The notes beneath the pieces were generated by a model that did no database searches, was not told the origin of the DNA, and saw only the letters and a program-made list of their open reading frames with translations. Both the position numbers and the translations under genes were made by a program. From Planctomycetota bacterium (GTDB taxonomy: Bacteria > Planctomycetota > B15-G4 > SIAN01): DNA of 64,000 nt. The stretch covers positions 32,001 through 96,000 of the forward strand of contig JANNXA010000034.1 of NCBI GenBank assembly GCA_031409275.1. The letters are read 5' to 3'. Position 1 is the stretch's first letter. The number at the start of each line of letters is the position of its first letter. Below are positions 18,302 through 29,300 of this stretch, one piece after another.

Positions 18302-21300
18302 TCACTCCACGAAGACGAAGGCCTTCGCGCAGAAGAGCACGTGGATCCAGTCGCTCCAGAGCGCGGCGTCGTTCCAGGCGACCTGGCGTGATGCGAGCTC
18401 TGCGTTGAGCCAGGCGAGCGAGGCGTCGATCTCCTCGTCGCGCGGCGGGCGGCCGAAGGTGGTGCGCAGTAGCGACTCGACGCGCGCGGCGGGGGATTGC
18501 GGCGGGCCGGCCAGCGAGCGGCTCGCGCAGCGACGTGCCATCTCCTGCACGAGCTCGCCATTCATCAGCGCCAACGACTGCGCGGGCACATTGCTGACGC
18601 TGCGCCGACCGCAGGTGGCCGCGGGGTTGGGGAAGTCGAAGGCGAGCAGGAATGGGTCGAGGAAGTTGCGCCGCACCGAGAGGTAGAGCGTGCGGCGGCC
18701 GTTGCCATCGAGCGGTCCTTCGCCGGGTCGACCACGCCCCTCCATGAACGGGGTCAGGTGGGTGGGGACCGCCGGCCCGAAACGGGTGGAATCGAGCGAG
18801 CCGGAGACGGCCAGCAGCGCGTCGCGCAACTGCTCGGCGGTGAGGCGGCGGACCGGCATGCAGTGCAGCCATCGATTCGACGGATCGACCTCGCTCGCGC
18901 GCGGATCGGCGCCGCTGCTGCTCATCGCGTAGGTGCGCGACAGGACGAGGCGGCGGATCAGTTGCTTCTGCGACCCGCCGCTCTCGATGAACTGCGCCGC
19001 CAACGTGTCGAGGAGCTCGGGGTGGCTCGGTCGTTCGCCCAGCGTGCCGAAGTCGTCGACGCTCGCCACGAGGCCGCGGCCAAAGAGGTGGTGCCAGATG
19101 CGGTTCACGGCGACGCGCGGCACCAGCGGATCGGTCGGATCGGTGAGGCGTTGCGCGAGCGCGAGCCGGCCGCTGCCGGGCTCGTCGGCAGCCAACGGCG
19201 CCGTGCCATCGATCGCTTCGAGGAAACGACGCGGGGCCGCCTCGCCTTGCGTGCGCCAACTGCCGCGGATCAGCACCGCCTCGTCGAATGCGCTTCCGTC
19301 GAGCAGCGCCGGTGCGACGCGCGAGCCGTCGCGCATCTCCGCCAGCAGCGCCGCCTGCGCCGCACCAAAGCGGGCGAGCGCACCGTCCGCCGCGCCTGAC
19401 ATCACCGTGCGCAGCTCCTCGGCCGGCACCTTCGCCAGAACCGCGTCGAGCAGCGCCGCCACGTCGCCGCGGTTGGCGCTGTTCCCCAGCTCACCGCGCG
19501 CGAGCGAGTCGATGGCTGCGTCGAATGCGGCCGCCAGCGTTCGTCCTTCCAGAAGTGCGTTCGCGCGCGCCTCGATCTGCGGCGGCTGCGCCGCGTCCCA
19601 CAGCGCCGCGACCTCGAGGTCGGGCGCGATGCCATGCTCATCGAGCGGCGCGAGACCGATCTCGCTGTGCATCCGCAGGCCGACGTAGTCGGGGAGATCC
19701 TGCGTGACGACCCGCCATGCGCCGCCCGTGTCGACCTCCATCAACGTCTGCGTGTGGAGCGGTCCCTCCAGCGTGCGATGCGAAGCGACGCACGCGAAGA
19801 GGATCCCCTTGCCGCGCACCAGCCAGTGGAGCTTGCCGTGCTGCAGCGCGAAGCTGCGGGTGCGTGCCACGCGGCCGGGTTCGAGCAGTCGCGCACGCGT
19901 CGGGTCGATCTCGCGATCGGCGGCGACGCGCACGTGGTCGAGCGCGGCGTCGCGCGCGAGCACTCCGACGGTGGCGAAACCGGCGATCGGCGCCGCGGGG
20001 TCGCCGCGAAAGCGCAGGGCACCGCTCGTCAGCGGAGCGACACCGAACGCCACGCCGTCCTGGTTCCAGTCGCCCGGCCGCGGTGCCGCGAAGTCGACGA
20101 CGGTGCCACACTGATCGGCGGGCAGCACGACCCGCGGGGCGGTCGCTTCGCGCAGCGCCGCGGCGAGTTCGGGCTCGACGTCGACGCGCGCGGTGAGCTT
20201 CGTGGCAAGCGGGCGCAGCGCCTGCGCGACTTCCTCTTCGAGCGCTCGATGCTGCTGTGCGCGCAGCGCTGCCACCGCCTGCGCCGCCCGTTCGTTGGTG
20301 GGCAGCGCCTCGTAGGGCGTCTGCCGTGCGCTGGCGCCGGCGAGGAAGCTGCTGAAGGCGTAGTAGTCGTGTTGCGTCAGCGCGTCGAATTTGTGGTCGT
20401 GGCAGCGCGCGCAGGCGAGCGTCACGCCGAGGAACGCCTTGCTGAAGGTGTCGATCTGGTTGGCGACGCGATCGCACTCGTCGCCGCGGATGTCGACGGG
20501 CGAGTGGACCGCTTCGCCCAGCAACCAGAAGCCGGTGGCGACGATCGATTCGTTGGCGCCGCTCGCCGGATCGAGGCGCGGCGGCTGCATCAGATCGCCG
20601 GCGACGTGCTCGCGCAGCAGCTGGTCGTACGGCACGTCGCCATTCAGGGCCCGCACGAGGTAGTCGCGATAGGCCCATGCGTTGGGCAGCGTGAAGTCGA
20701 ACTCGTGACCGCGCCCTTCGGCGTAGCGGGCGAGGTCGAGCCAGTGGCGCGCCCACGCCTCGCCGAACGTCGGTGCGGCCAGCAGTCGGTCGACCACGCG
20801 TGCGCGTGCATCGGCGCGCTCGTCCGCGAGGAAAGCGTCCTGCTCGGCGAGCGTTGGCGGCAACCCGGTCAGATCGAACGTCACACGACGCAGCCACGTC
20901 GCGCGCGGCGCGTCGGGCGCGGGCGCGAGGCCGACGCTTTCCAGTTTCGCGAGGAGGAAGCGGTCGACGTCATCGAGCGGCCAATCGCTGCGCTGCACCG
21001 CGGGCGCAGCGACAGGCGCGAGCGGTGCCCAGGCCCAGTGGAGTTTGCGGGCGGCCAGGTCGAACGGCGGCGCGCCGCTCTTGGCGCCGCTTGCAGTGGT
21101 GTCGCTGTCGCCGGCAGCGGGGCCGCTGGGTAGCGCGGCGCCGCCGCGAATCCACTCCGCGATCGTCTCGCGCAACGACTCGTCGAGCTTGCCCCGTGGC
21201 GGCATCTGCAGGTCGTCGCGTTCCCAGGCGAGCGCCGCGACGATCAGGCTCTCCTCGGGCTTGCCGGCGACGAAGAGCGCGCCGCGCTCGCCGCCTTTCG

Positions 21301-21490
21301 CGACTCCCGCCACCGTGTCGAGTCGCAGCCCCGACTTCTGCCGATCGGGACCGTGGCACTTGACGCAGTGCTCGTGGAAGAGTGGTCGGATCGAGTTCTC
21401 GAAATCGGCGACGCCGTCGCCTGCGCCGCGCGCGGCGAGCGCGAGCGGAGCGACGAGCAGCGCGAAGAGTGCGGGCGCGATCGAGTTCAT
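18302..21490 (-). CDS. PSD1/planctomycete cytochrome c protein (PSCyt1 + DUF1549 + DUF1553)
   Basis: CVKCHG, RRVTFDLTGLPP, RHWLDLARYA, CARCHDHKFD, VNRIWHHLFGRG, PSHPELLD, QSLALMN. Confidence 0.92.
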   Translation of the reverse strand: MNSIAPALFALLVAPLALAARGAGDGVADFENSIRPLFHEHCVKCHGPDRQKSGLRLDTVAGVAKGGERGALFVAGKPEESLIVAALAWERDDLQMPPRGKLDESLRETIAEWIRGGAALPSGPAAGDSDTTASGAKSGAPPFDLAARKLHWAWAPLAPVAAPAVQRSDWPLDDVDRFLLAKLESVGLAPAPDAPRATWLRRVTFDLTGLPPTLAEQDAFLADERADARARVVDRLLAAPTFGEAWARHWLDLARYAEGRGHEFDFTLPNAWAYRDYLVRALNGDVPYDQLLREHVAGDLMQPPRLDPASGANESIVATGFWLLGEAVHSPVDIRGDECDRVANQIDTFSKAFLGVTLACARCHDHKFDALTQHDYYAFSSFLAGASARQTPYEALPTNERAAQAVAALRAQQHRALEEEVAQALRPLATKLTARVDVEPELAAALREATAPRVVLPADQCGTVVDFAAPRPGDWNQDGVAFGVAPLTSGALRFRGDPAAPIAGFATVGVLARDAALDHVRVAADREIDPTRARLLEPGRVARTRSFALQHGKLHWLVRGKGILFACVASHRTLEGPLHTQTLMEVDTGGAWRVVTQDLPDYVGLRMHSEIGLAPLDEHGIAPDLEVAALWDAAQPPQIEARANALLEGRTLAAAFDAAIDSLARGELGNSANRGDVAALLDAVLAKVPAEELRTVMSGAADGALARFGAAQAALLAEMRDGSRVAPALLDGSAFDEAVLIRGSWRTQGEAAPRRFLEAIDGTAPLAADEPGSGRLALAQRLTDPTDPLVPRVAVNRIWHHLFGRGLVASVDDFGTLGERPSHPELLDTLAAQFIESGGSQKQLIRRLVLSRTYAMSSSGADPRASEVDPSNRWLHCMPVRRLTAEQLRDALLAVSGSLDSTRFGPAVPTHLTPFMEGRGRPGEGPLDGNGRRTLYLSVRRNFLDPFLLAFDFPNPAATCGRRSVSNVPAQSLALMNGELVQEMARRCASRSLAGPPQSPAARVESLLRTTFGRPPRDEEIDASLAWLNAELASRQVAWNDAALWSDWIHVLFCAKAFVFVE

Positions 21491-21624
21491 CGAGGCGGGT
21501 GGCTCCGGTCGGCCATCGAAACCGTTGCCGGTCGCCGCAGCAAGCCCCCGTTACCATCGCGCCCGGTTCCGCTTGCCGCTGGCTTCGAGCGCGCACCGCG
21601 TCGCAGCCCGTTGGAGGTGTCCCG

Positions 21625-22899
21625 GTGGTCCCATTGCTGCTTTCGTCGCTCGCCTGGATCTCGTCGTCGTCTGCGAGCGTTCCATTCGTCGCGCCACTCG
21701 TCGCGCCCGTCGCCGACGGAAAGGCGCTCTATCGCGAGCATTGCGCCGGTTGCCACGGCGGCGATGGCGGTGGCGATGGGCCGTTGGCGAAAGAGCTGCG
21801 CTTCAAGCCGCGCGCCTTCAAGGAGGGCAAGTTCGCGTTCGGCAACACGCCGGAAGCGATGGGGAAGACGGTGCGTTCGGGCATTCCCGACGCGCAGGGT
21901 TTCCGCATGCCAGCGTTCGCCACTGTCCTGAAAGAGGAAGAGATCGCAGCGGTCGTCGACTTCGCGCGATCGTTGATGCCGGCGTCACTCGATCCCGCGG
22001 CCCCCGCCGACATGGTGTTGGAGGTCGGCGCCGAGGCGAAGTTGGCGCGCGGCGTCTTCCCGCCGCTGCGCGACGGTGCGCCGGTGCAGGCGCGCGGACT
22101 GCTGGCGGGACTGCCCGGCGGCGCGTCGTTTCAGTACGCGACCGATCCGCTCCACCTCGTGGCGATCCGCCGCGGCGGCTTCGTGTCGCGCACCGACTGG
22201 CTCGAGCGCGGTGGCAAGCCGCTGACGCCGCTCGGCAGCGCGGTCTGGGTGGCGCCGGAGCCGGAGCAGTGGCTCCCCTTCGCGCTCGCCGACGTGCCGG
22301 TGGGCGACGCGCCACCCGCGTTCGCCTTCGCGTCGACCAAGTTGCGCGAGACGACGGTGCGCGGCGCCGTCGTGGAGCTCAAGGCCGACCTGCTCGATGC
22401 AGGAGGCCGCTTGCGCGCGCACGTGATCGAGCGGCCGCTCGCGCTCGAAGTGACCGGCGGCTTCGGCGTGGTGCAGGAGTTCGAGTTGCTGGCGACCGAC
22501 GAGCCGGTGGTGGTGCTCGCCTCGCTGGCGCTGGCGTGCGACCCACGCCGCTCGATCGCCCCCGACCAAGGCGGGGACGCGCCCGCGCGCCCCCTGCTCC
22601 CTCCGCTCCGCCACGCCGCCGAGCAGCAGCAGCTCCTCATCGCGACCGGCTGGTTCGTGGTTCCATCGCCGGACGGCAGCTTCGCCTGCGTGCGAATCGT
22701 CGCGCCGCCGGCGGCGAACGAGAGCCGCTTCAACGGCCCGGCGCACGATTGCCGCGACGTGACGATCGCGCTTCGCGAGGAGCTGGTGCTGCTGCGTCGC
22801 ATCGTCGTCGTCCGGCAGGAAGTGAGTGTCGCGGTGCTGCAGCAGATGACGCGCGAAGTCGATGCGGCGCTCGACGCGGCGCAAGCGGGGAGCAAGTGA
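21625..22899 (+). CDS. c-type cytochrome with C-terminal domain of unknown function
   Basis: GGAGG RBS before the GTG; GKALYREHCAGCHG, GDGP, MPAF (axial Met). Confidence 0.8.
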   Translation: MVPLLLSSLAWISSSSASVPFVAPLVAPVADGKALYREHCAGCHGGDGGGDGPLAKELRFKPRAFKEGKFAFGNTPEAMGKTVRSGIPDAQGFRMPAFATVLKEEEIAAVVDFARSLMPASLDPAAPADMVLEVGAEAKLARGVFPPLRDGAPVQARGLLAGLPGGASFQYATDPLHLVAIRRGGFVSRTDWLERGGKPLTPLGSAVWVAPEPEQWLPFALADVPVGDAPPAFAFASTKLRETTVRGAVVELKADLLDAGGRLRAHVIERPLALEVTGGFGVVQEFELLATDEPVVVLASLALACDPRRSIAPDQGGDAPARPLLPPLRHAAEQQQLLIATGWFVVPSPDGSFACVRIVAPPAANESRFNGPAHDCRDVTIALREELVLLRRIVVVRQEVSVAVLQQMTREVDAALDAAQAGSK

Positions 22900-25685
22900 T
22901 GGACGCCACGAAGCTCGCTTGGTCATTCAAGATGGGGCGTGAGATCGCCGGCGCGGCGCTGCCGCTCCTCGTGCTCGCGGCGCCGCTCCACGCGCAGGAG
23001 CCCGCTCGCGAAGCGGACTACTACGCCGTCGACTTCCTGCCGACGCCGGCGGGGTCGCTCGAAGTGGGCGGGCTCGCCTTCCTCCCCGATGGACGACTCG
23101 CCGTCAGCACGCGCCACGGGCAGGTCTGGCTGGTCACGAACGCGCTCGCCGCGAATCCGGCCGACACGAAGCTCTCCCTCTTCGCGGAGGGGCTCTACGA
23201 AGGGCTCGGCCTGAACGTCGTCGACGGCGAGCTCTACGTCGTGCAGCGCACCGAGCTGTCGCGGCTGCGCGACACCGACGGCGACGATCGCTGCGACACC
23301 ATCGACACCATCAGCGACGCATGGGGAGTCTCGGGCAACTACCACGAGTTCGCCTACGGATTGCCGCGCGACACGGCTGGCAACTTCTACGTCTCGCTGA
23401 ACGTCAGCTTCTTCGATCCGAAGTGGTGGCACGGCAAGTCGCCGGCGAAGTGGCGCGGTTGGATCGTGCAGATCGCGCCGGACGGCAACGCGACACCGTG
23501 GGCGACCGGTCTGCGCAGCCCCAACGGCATGGGCTTCAACGCGGCGGGCGACCTCTTCGTCACCGACAACCAGGGCGACTGGATGCCGGTCGGCCCGCTC
23601 TTCCACGTCAAGCAAGGCGCGTTCTACGGCCACCCCGCCGGGCTGCGCTGGACCGACGACTACCAGCGCGCGCAGCGCGATCCGAGCGACACGGAGCCGC
23701 CGCTGCGTCCGCGCGATCCGGCCGCTGTCTGGTTCCCCTACGGCCTTTCGCGTAGCGCCGGCAATCCGCTGCTGGACGACACCGCGGGCAAGTTCGGGCC
23801 GTTCGCCGGCCAGATGTTCGTGCCTGAACTCACCAACGGCAGTGTCGTGCGGGTCGATCTCGAGCAGGTCGAAGGCGAGTACCAGGGCGCCTGTTTCCAG
23901 TTCCGCCGCGACACCGGCTCGGCCAACCGCATCGCCTTCGCGCCCGACGGCACGCTCTTCGTCGGCCTCACGAACCGCGGCTGGGGCGGTGCGCCGCCTG
24001 GCGACGGCATCGCGCGATTGCGCTGGCTTGGCCGCGTGCCGATGGAGATGGCGAGCGTGCGCCTCGCCGACGACGGTTCGAGCGGCTTCGACGTCGCCTT
24101 CACGCTGCCGTTGGCCGACGACTGCGTGCCCGCACCCGCCAACGTCCGCCTCGCGCAGTACGACTACGCGAGCTGGTGGGACTACGGCAGCCCCGAACTG
24201 CACGTCACGAACGTGCCGGTCACCGCGGTCAAGTGCTCGGGCGATCGGCGGATGATCCGCATCGACGCGCCGCAGCTGCAGGCGGGGATGGTCGCGCGCC
24301 TCGTGCTGGACGGCATCGTCGGACAGAGCGCGCGCGGCCGCGAGCCGCTGCTGCATGTGCAGGCCGACTACACGGTGAATCGGCTGCACGGGATGAAAGA
24401 GGCCGTGCCGGTCGCGAAAGGTGTCGCGCCGCCGACCGCGCGCGAGGATCAGGAGGAGGGGTGGGTCACGCTGTTCAATCGCCGGTCGATCGCCGCGTGG
24501 GAGGCGCCGGGTTGGAAGCTGGCCGCGATCCACCTCGACGAGCGTGACCCGACGCGCTTTGCCGAGCACCCGATGGTGGACGACTGGGACGGGCTGCTGG
24601 TGGCGGGGCTCGGTGACGGCGGATCGAGCGACGCGATCAGCACGGTGCAGCACGGCGACTGCGACGCGCGCATCGAGTTCTGCCTGCCGAGCGGCGGCAA
24701 CTCGGGCGTCTATTTCCAAGGGCGCTACGAGGTGCAGCTGCTCGACAGTTTCGGCAAAGCGAGCGTCGGCTTCGGCGATTGCGGCGGCATCTACGCGGGC
24801 GAAAGCGCGTTCGCCGGCAGCGCGCCGCAGATCAATGCATGCAACGCGCCGGGCGAGTGGCAGCGGCTCGACGTCCGCTTCCGCGCGCCGCGCTTCGATG
24901 AGTGGGGGAAGAAGATCGCCGACGCCCGCTTCGACTGGGTCGAGCTGAATGGCCAGCGCGTGCAACAGGACGTCGTGCTGCCCGAACCGACGCGCGGCGC
25001 AATCGCGCGCGAGGAGGTCGCATTCGGGCCGCTGCGGTTGCAGGGCGACCACGGGCCGGTCGCCTACAAGAAGGTGCGCCTCAAGCGGATCGAGTCGGAC
25101 GAAGACGCCGGAGCGACCGGTGCGATGCGACTGCTGGTGCGCGCCGCGCAGGGCTGGCACCCGCTCTTCGACGGCGCGTCGCTGCAGGGGTGGAGCAGCG
25201 AGGGCGCGGCGCAGTGGCGGTTCGAGGAGGGGGCGCTGGTGGCCGAGGGAGGCAGCGGCGTGCTGCGGAGCGCGCACCGCGACTTCGCGAGCTTCGAACT
25301 GCGCGCGCAAGTGCGCGGCGAGTGGGGCGCGAGCGGGGCGATCGAGCTGCGCCGCAGCGGTGGCGCGGAACAGCCGCGCGGCGTCGCGCTGCTGCTCGTG
25401 CAATCGAACGAGCCCGAGCGCGCCAAGAGCGGCAGCCTCGTGGCGATCGGCACGAAGCCGATCGTGGCGCCGGTGGTGGCGCCGCTGGTGGTCGATTCGG
25501 TCTGGCACGACGTGCGAGTGCGCGTCGTCGAGCGGGCGGGGGTGCTGCACGTCACCGCGTGGCTGAACGAGATGGAGGTCGCGTCGGCGGAGATCGAAGC
25601 GGGCCCCGTCGGCTCGATCGAGCTGCGCCACGACGAAGGGCCGGCCCGTTGGTTCCGCGACCTCGAGGTGAGGAAACTGCAATGA
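22899..25685 (+). CDS. Large secreted protein: sugar-dehydrogenase-like beta-propeller plus two DUF1080 (3-keto-glycoside hydrolase-like) domains
   Basis: GNYHEFAYG, GLRSPNG and TDNQGDW propeller motifs; GWVTLFN, GNSGVYFQGRYEVQLLDS, LQGDHGPV and GWHPLFDG DUF1080 motifs; start overlaps the upstream stop. Confidence 0.8.
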   Translation: MDATKLAWSFKMGREIAGAALPLLVLAAPLHAQEPAREADYYAVDFLPTPAGSLEVGGLAFLPDGRLAVSTRHGQVWLVTNALAANPADTKLSLFAEGLYEGLGLNVVDGELYVVQRTELSRLRDTDGDDRCDTIDTISDAWGVSGNYHEFAYGLPRDTAGNFYVSLNVSFFDPKWWHGKSPAKWRGWIVQIAPDGNATPWATGLRSPNGMGFNAAGDLFVTDNQGDWMPVGPLFHVKQGAFYGHPAGLRWTDDYQRAQRDPSDTEPPLRPRDPAAVWFPYGLSRSAGNPLLDDTAGKFGPFAGQMFVPELTNGSVVRVDLEQVEGEYQGACFQFRRDTGSANRIAFAPDGTLFVGLTNRGWGGAPPGDGIARLRWLGRVPMEMASVRLADDGSSGFDVAFTLPLADDCVPAPANVRLAQYDYASWWDYGSPELHVTNVPVTAVKCSGDRRMIRIDAPQLQAGMVARLVLDGIVGQSARGREPLLHVQADYTVNRLHGMKEAVPVAKGVAPPTAREDQEEGWVTLFNRRSIAAWEAPGWKLAAIHLDERDPTRFAEHPMVDDWDGLLVAGLGDGGSSDAISTVQHGDCDARIEFCLPSGGNSGVYFQGRYEVQLLDSFGKASVGFGDCGGIYAGESAFAGSAPQINACNAPGEWQRLDVRFRAPRFDEWGKKIADARFDWVELNGQRVQQDVVLPEPTRGAIAREEVAFGPLRLQGDHGPVAYKKVRLKRIESDEDAGATGAMRLLVRAAQGWHPLFDGASLQGWSSEGAAQWRFEEGALVAEGGSGVLRSAHRDFASFELRAQVRGEWGASGAIELRRSGGAEQPRGVALLLVQSNEPERAKSGSLVAIGTKPIVAPVVAPLVVDSVWHDVRVRVVERAGVLHVTAWLNEMEVASAEIEAGPVGSIELRHDEGPARWFRDLEVRKLQ

Positions 25686-26299
25686 GCGACGGTGCGATTG
25701 GCGAAGCGTTGTTGGTGTGGCTGCCCGACGTGATGGTGGAGGACGACGGCGGCTGGCTCACCGGATTTGCGCTGCGCGTGGTCGCGGCCGCCGCGCTCGG
25801 GATCCTGGGACTGGGCTGCGTCGTGATCACGGTGCTCGGGTTGCCCGGGCTGTGGCTGCTGTTGCTGCTGGCCGGCGCGCTGCAGTTCTCCGACCGGTGG
25901 CTGCGCAGCGACGGCAGCTCGACCTTCAGCCATTGGACGCTGATCGGCGCCGTCGCGGCGGCGTTCGCCGCCGAGTTCGCCGAGTTCGCGGCGGGTGCCA
26001 GCGGTGCGAAGCAGGCGGGCGCCAGCAAACGCGGCATGGTGGGCGCGATGGTCGGCGGCATCGCCGGCGCGATCCTCGGTGCGCCGTTTGGGCTGTTGGT
26101 GGGCGCCATCGTCGGCGGAGTTGCGGGCAGCGCGATCGGCGCAATCGTCATGGAGCTGACGTTGCCGCACCAGACTCTTGAAGGAGCATTGAAGCCCGCG
26201 CACGGCGCCGCGATGGGCCGCCTGAAGGGCATCGCCCTCAAGCTGTTGGTCACCACCGCGCTGTGGATCGCGCTGACCGCGGCGGCGTTCGTCGAGTAG
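25682..26299 (+). CDS. DUF456 family membrane protein
   Basis: LGLPGLWL, GAKQAGASKRGMVGAMVGG and a Gly-rich TM pattern; ATGA overlap. Confidence 0.8.
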   Translation: MSDGAIGEALLVWLPDVMVEDDGGWLTGFALRVVAAAALGILGLGCVVITVLGLPGLWLLLLLAGALQFSDRWLRSDGSSTFSHWTLIGAVAAAFAAEFAEFAAGASGAKQAGASKRGMVGAMVGGIAGAILGAPFGLLVGAIVGGVAGSAIGAIVMELTLPHQTLEGALKPAHGAAMGRLKGIALKLLVTTALWIALTAAAFVE

Positions 26300-26376
26300 C
26301 GCGACGGACGCGGCCGTTCGCGAATCGAGCGTCTGCGAGGGGCGTGCGCGCGCGCTTCGGCGGCCGGCTCGGCACA

Positions 26377-29300
26377 ATGCGCACGATGAGCGCCTCCCAC
26401 CGCTGGCACCTCCGCTCTCGCGTGCCGCAGGCAGTGGCGCTGTGGTTCCTGCTGGCACCCTCCGTTCGTGCGCAGTCCGTGGTCGACTTCGCGCGCGACA
26501 TCGAGCCGCTCTTCGCGCAGCGCTGCGTCAAGTGCCACGGCCCGGCGCGCCAGAAGGGCGGACTGCGGCTCGATCGCAAGGCGGCGGCGCTGCGCGGTGG
26601 CGACGACGGGCCGGTCATCGTCGCGGGCGATCGCGCGAAGAGCGTGCTGATCCAACGAGTCAGCGGAGTCGATCCCGAGAAGCGGATGCCCCCGACCGGC
26701 GAGCCGCTCGATGCCGAATCGCTGCGACAGCTTGGCGATTGGATCGATGCGGGGGCGGCGTGGCCCGACGAGACGGCGTCGGGCGCGGCGGCTGCCATCG
26801 AGAGCGATCTCTGGTCGCTGCAACCGGTGCGCAAGGTCGTGCCGCCGGCGGTGGCGCGCGCCGAGTGGGTTCGCAACCCGGTCGACGCGTTCGTGCTGGC
26901 GAAGCTCGAGTCGGCGGGGCTTGCTCCGGCGCCGGAGGCCGATCGCGCCACGCTGATCCGCCGGCTCTATTTCGATCTGCTCGGACTGCCGCCCGAACCG
27001 GCTGAGATCGACGCTTTCGTCGCCGATCCCGATCCGCGCGCGTTCGAGGAGCGGGTCGACGCGCTGCTCGAATCGCCCCACTACGGCGAGCGCTGGGGGC
27101 GCCACTGGCTCGACGTCGCGCGCTTCACCGAGAGCCAGGGCTTCGAGTACGACCGTCTGCGCGACCACGCCTGGCCCTACCGCGATTGGGTCATCGCCGC
27201 GTTCAACGACGACCTCCCGTACGACCGCTTCATGCAGCTCCAGATCGCCGGCGACGTGATCGAACCGGTCACGGCGGAGGGCATCGTCGCGACCAGCCTG
27301 CTGGTCTGCGGGCCCTTCGACGAGGCGGGGAATGCGCAGGCGAATGTCACTCAGCGCCAGCGCACGCGCGAAGAGGAGATGGAGGATCTGGTCAGCGTCG
27401 TCGCGCAGTCCTTCCTCGCGCTGACCGTGAACTGCGCGCGCTGCCACGCGCACAAGTTCGACCCGATTCCGCAGGAGGACTACTACCGCATGCGCAGCGT
27501 CTTCGACGGCGTGCGCCACGGTGAGCGGCCGAGGGTCGCGCCGCGCGAGGAGCAGGCGCGCGCCGAGCAGGTCGCCGCCGAGCGAGACGCCATCGCGGCG
27601 CTCGAAGCGGAGGTCGCCGCGATCGAGGCGACGGTTCGCGACGCGATCGCGGCACAACGCCGTGCAGTCGAGTCGTCGACCGCGCCGCGCGGCGCGGACG
27701 GCCCAGCGCCCTTCGCGCGATGGGAGTTCGAGGGCGATGCGACGGACGCGCTCGGCACTCTGCACGGGACGTTGGTGGACGGTGCGCGGATCGCGGGCGG
27801 TCGCCTGCTGGTCGACGGGCGCGGCGCGTTCCTGCAGACCGCGGCGTTGTCGCGCGACCTCATCGAGAAGACGCTCGAAGTCTGGCTCGTGCTTCCCGAT
27901 GTCGAGCAGGGGGGCGGCGCCGCGATCTCGGTGGAGAGCGGCGACGGCGCGACCTTCGATGCGCTCGTCTTCGCCGAGCGCGAAGCGCGGCGCTGGATGG
28001 CGGGCAGCAACGGCTTCCGTCGCACCCGCGAATTCGGCGGCGCGGCGGAGGCGCCAGGCGCGCTGGTCCATCTGGCGCTGGTCTACGGCGCCGATCAGAC
28101 CATCCGCTGCTACCGCAACGGCGAGCCCTACGGCGCGGCGTACGCATCTCCGGAGCCGCTACCGACGTATCGCGCCGGCGCTGCGCATGTGCTGCTCGGC
28201 AAGCGGCACGCCGCCGGCGCCAACGTCTTCCTCGCCGCCGAGATCGAGCGGGCGGCGCTGTACGACCGGGCGCTCGACGCCGCGGAGGTTGCCGCTTCGT
28301 TCGCCGCCACCGGCGACGTTCCGACTCGCGCGCAGGTGGTGGCTGCGATGACGCCCTCGCAGCGCCGTCGTCACGCCGAGTGCATCGCGCAGCTCGAACA
28401 CGAGGCAACGCGACTCGAGGCGCTCGCGGTCGCACCGCCGATGGTCTACGCGGGGCGTCGCGAGCAGCCGGAGCCCGCGCACCGGTTGTTGCGCGGCGAC
28501 GTCACCCAACGGGCGGAGGTCGTGGCTCCAGGCGGGCTGTCGGCGATCGCCGAGCCGGCCGCCGACTTCGCGCTTGCGCCCGACGCGCCGGAAGCGCAGC
28601 GGCGGCTCGCGCTGGCGAAGTGGCTCGCCGACCCGCGCCATCCGCTGCCGGCGCGCGTCATGGTCAATCGCCTGTGGCATCACCACTTCGGCCGCGGGAT
28701 CGTCGGTACGCCGAGCGACTTCGGCGTCAGCGGCGAGCGGCCGTCGCATCCGGAGCTCCTCGACTGGCTGGCCGCCACGTTCGTCGAAGGCGGCTTCAGC
28801 GTGAAGGCGATGCATCGGCTGCTGTTGAACTCGGCGAGCTGGCGCCAGAGCTCCGATGCGAACGACGCGGCCGCCCGCCTCGACGTCGAGAATCGGCTGG
28901 TGTGGCGACACGAGCCGCGCCGGCTCGAAGCGGAGGCGGTGCGCGACGCGATGCTGGCGGCGAGCGGCCAGCTGAATCGGGTGTTGGGCGGGCCGAGCTT
29001 CCGGCCGTTCGACACTTCGAGCTTCGGCTCGACCTTCTATGCGCCCGTCGACAAGCTCGGTCCCGAGTTCGATCGGCGGACCGTCTACCGGATGAACGTC
29101 AATTCGGGGAAGGAGCCGCTGCTCGACGTCTTCGACTGCCCTGAGCCGTCGGTGAAGACGCCGGCGCGTCGAGCGACGACCACGCCACTGCAGGCGCTCA
29201 GCCTGATGAACGGCTCCTTCGTGGAGCGGCAGGCGGCGGCGTTGGCGGCGCGCGCCACGCTGGAATCGGGCGGTGAAACGACGGCCGCCATCGAGCAGGC

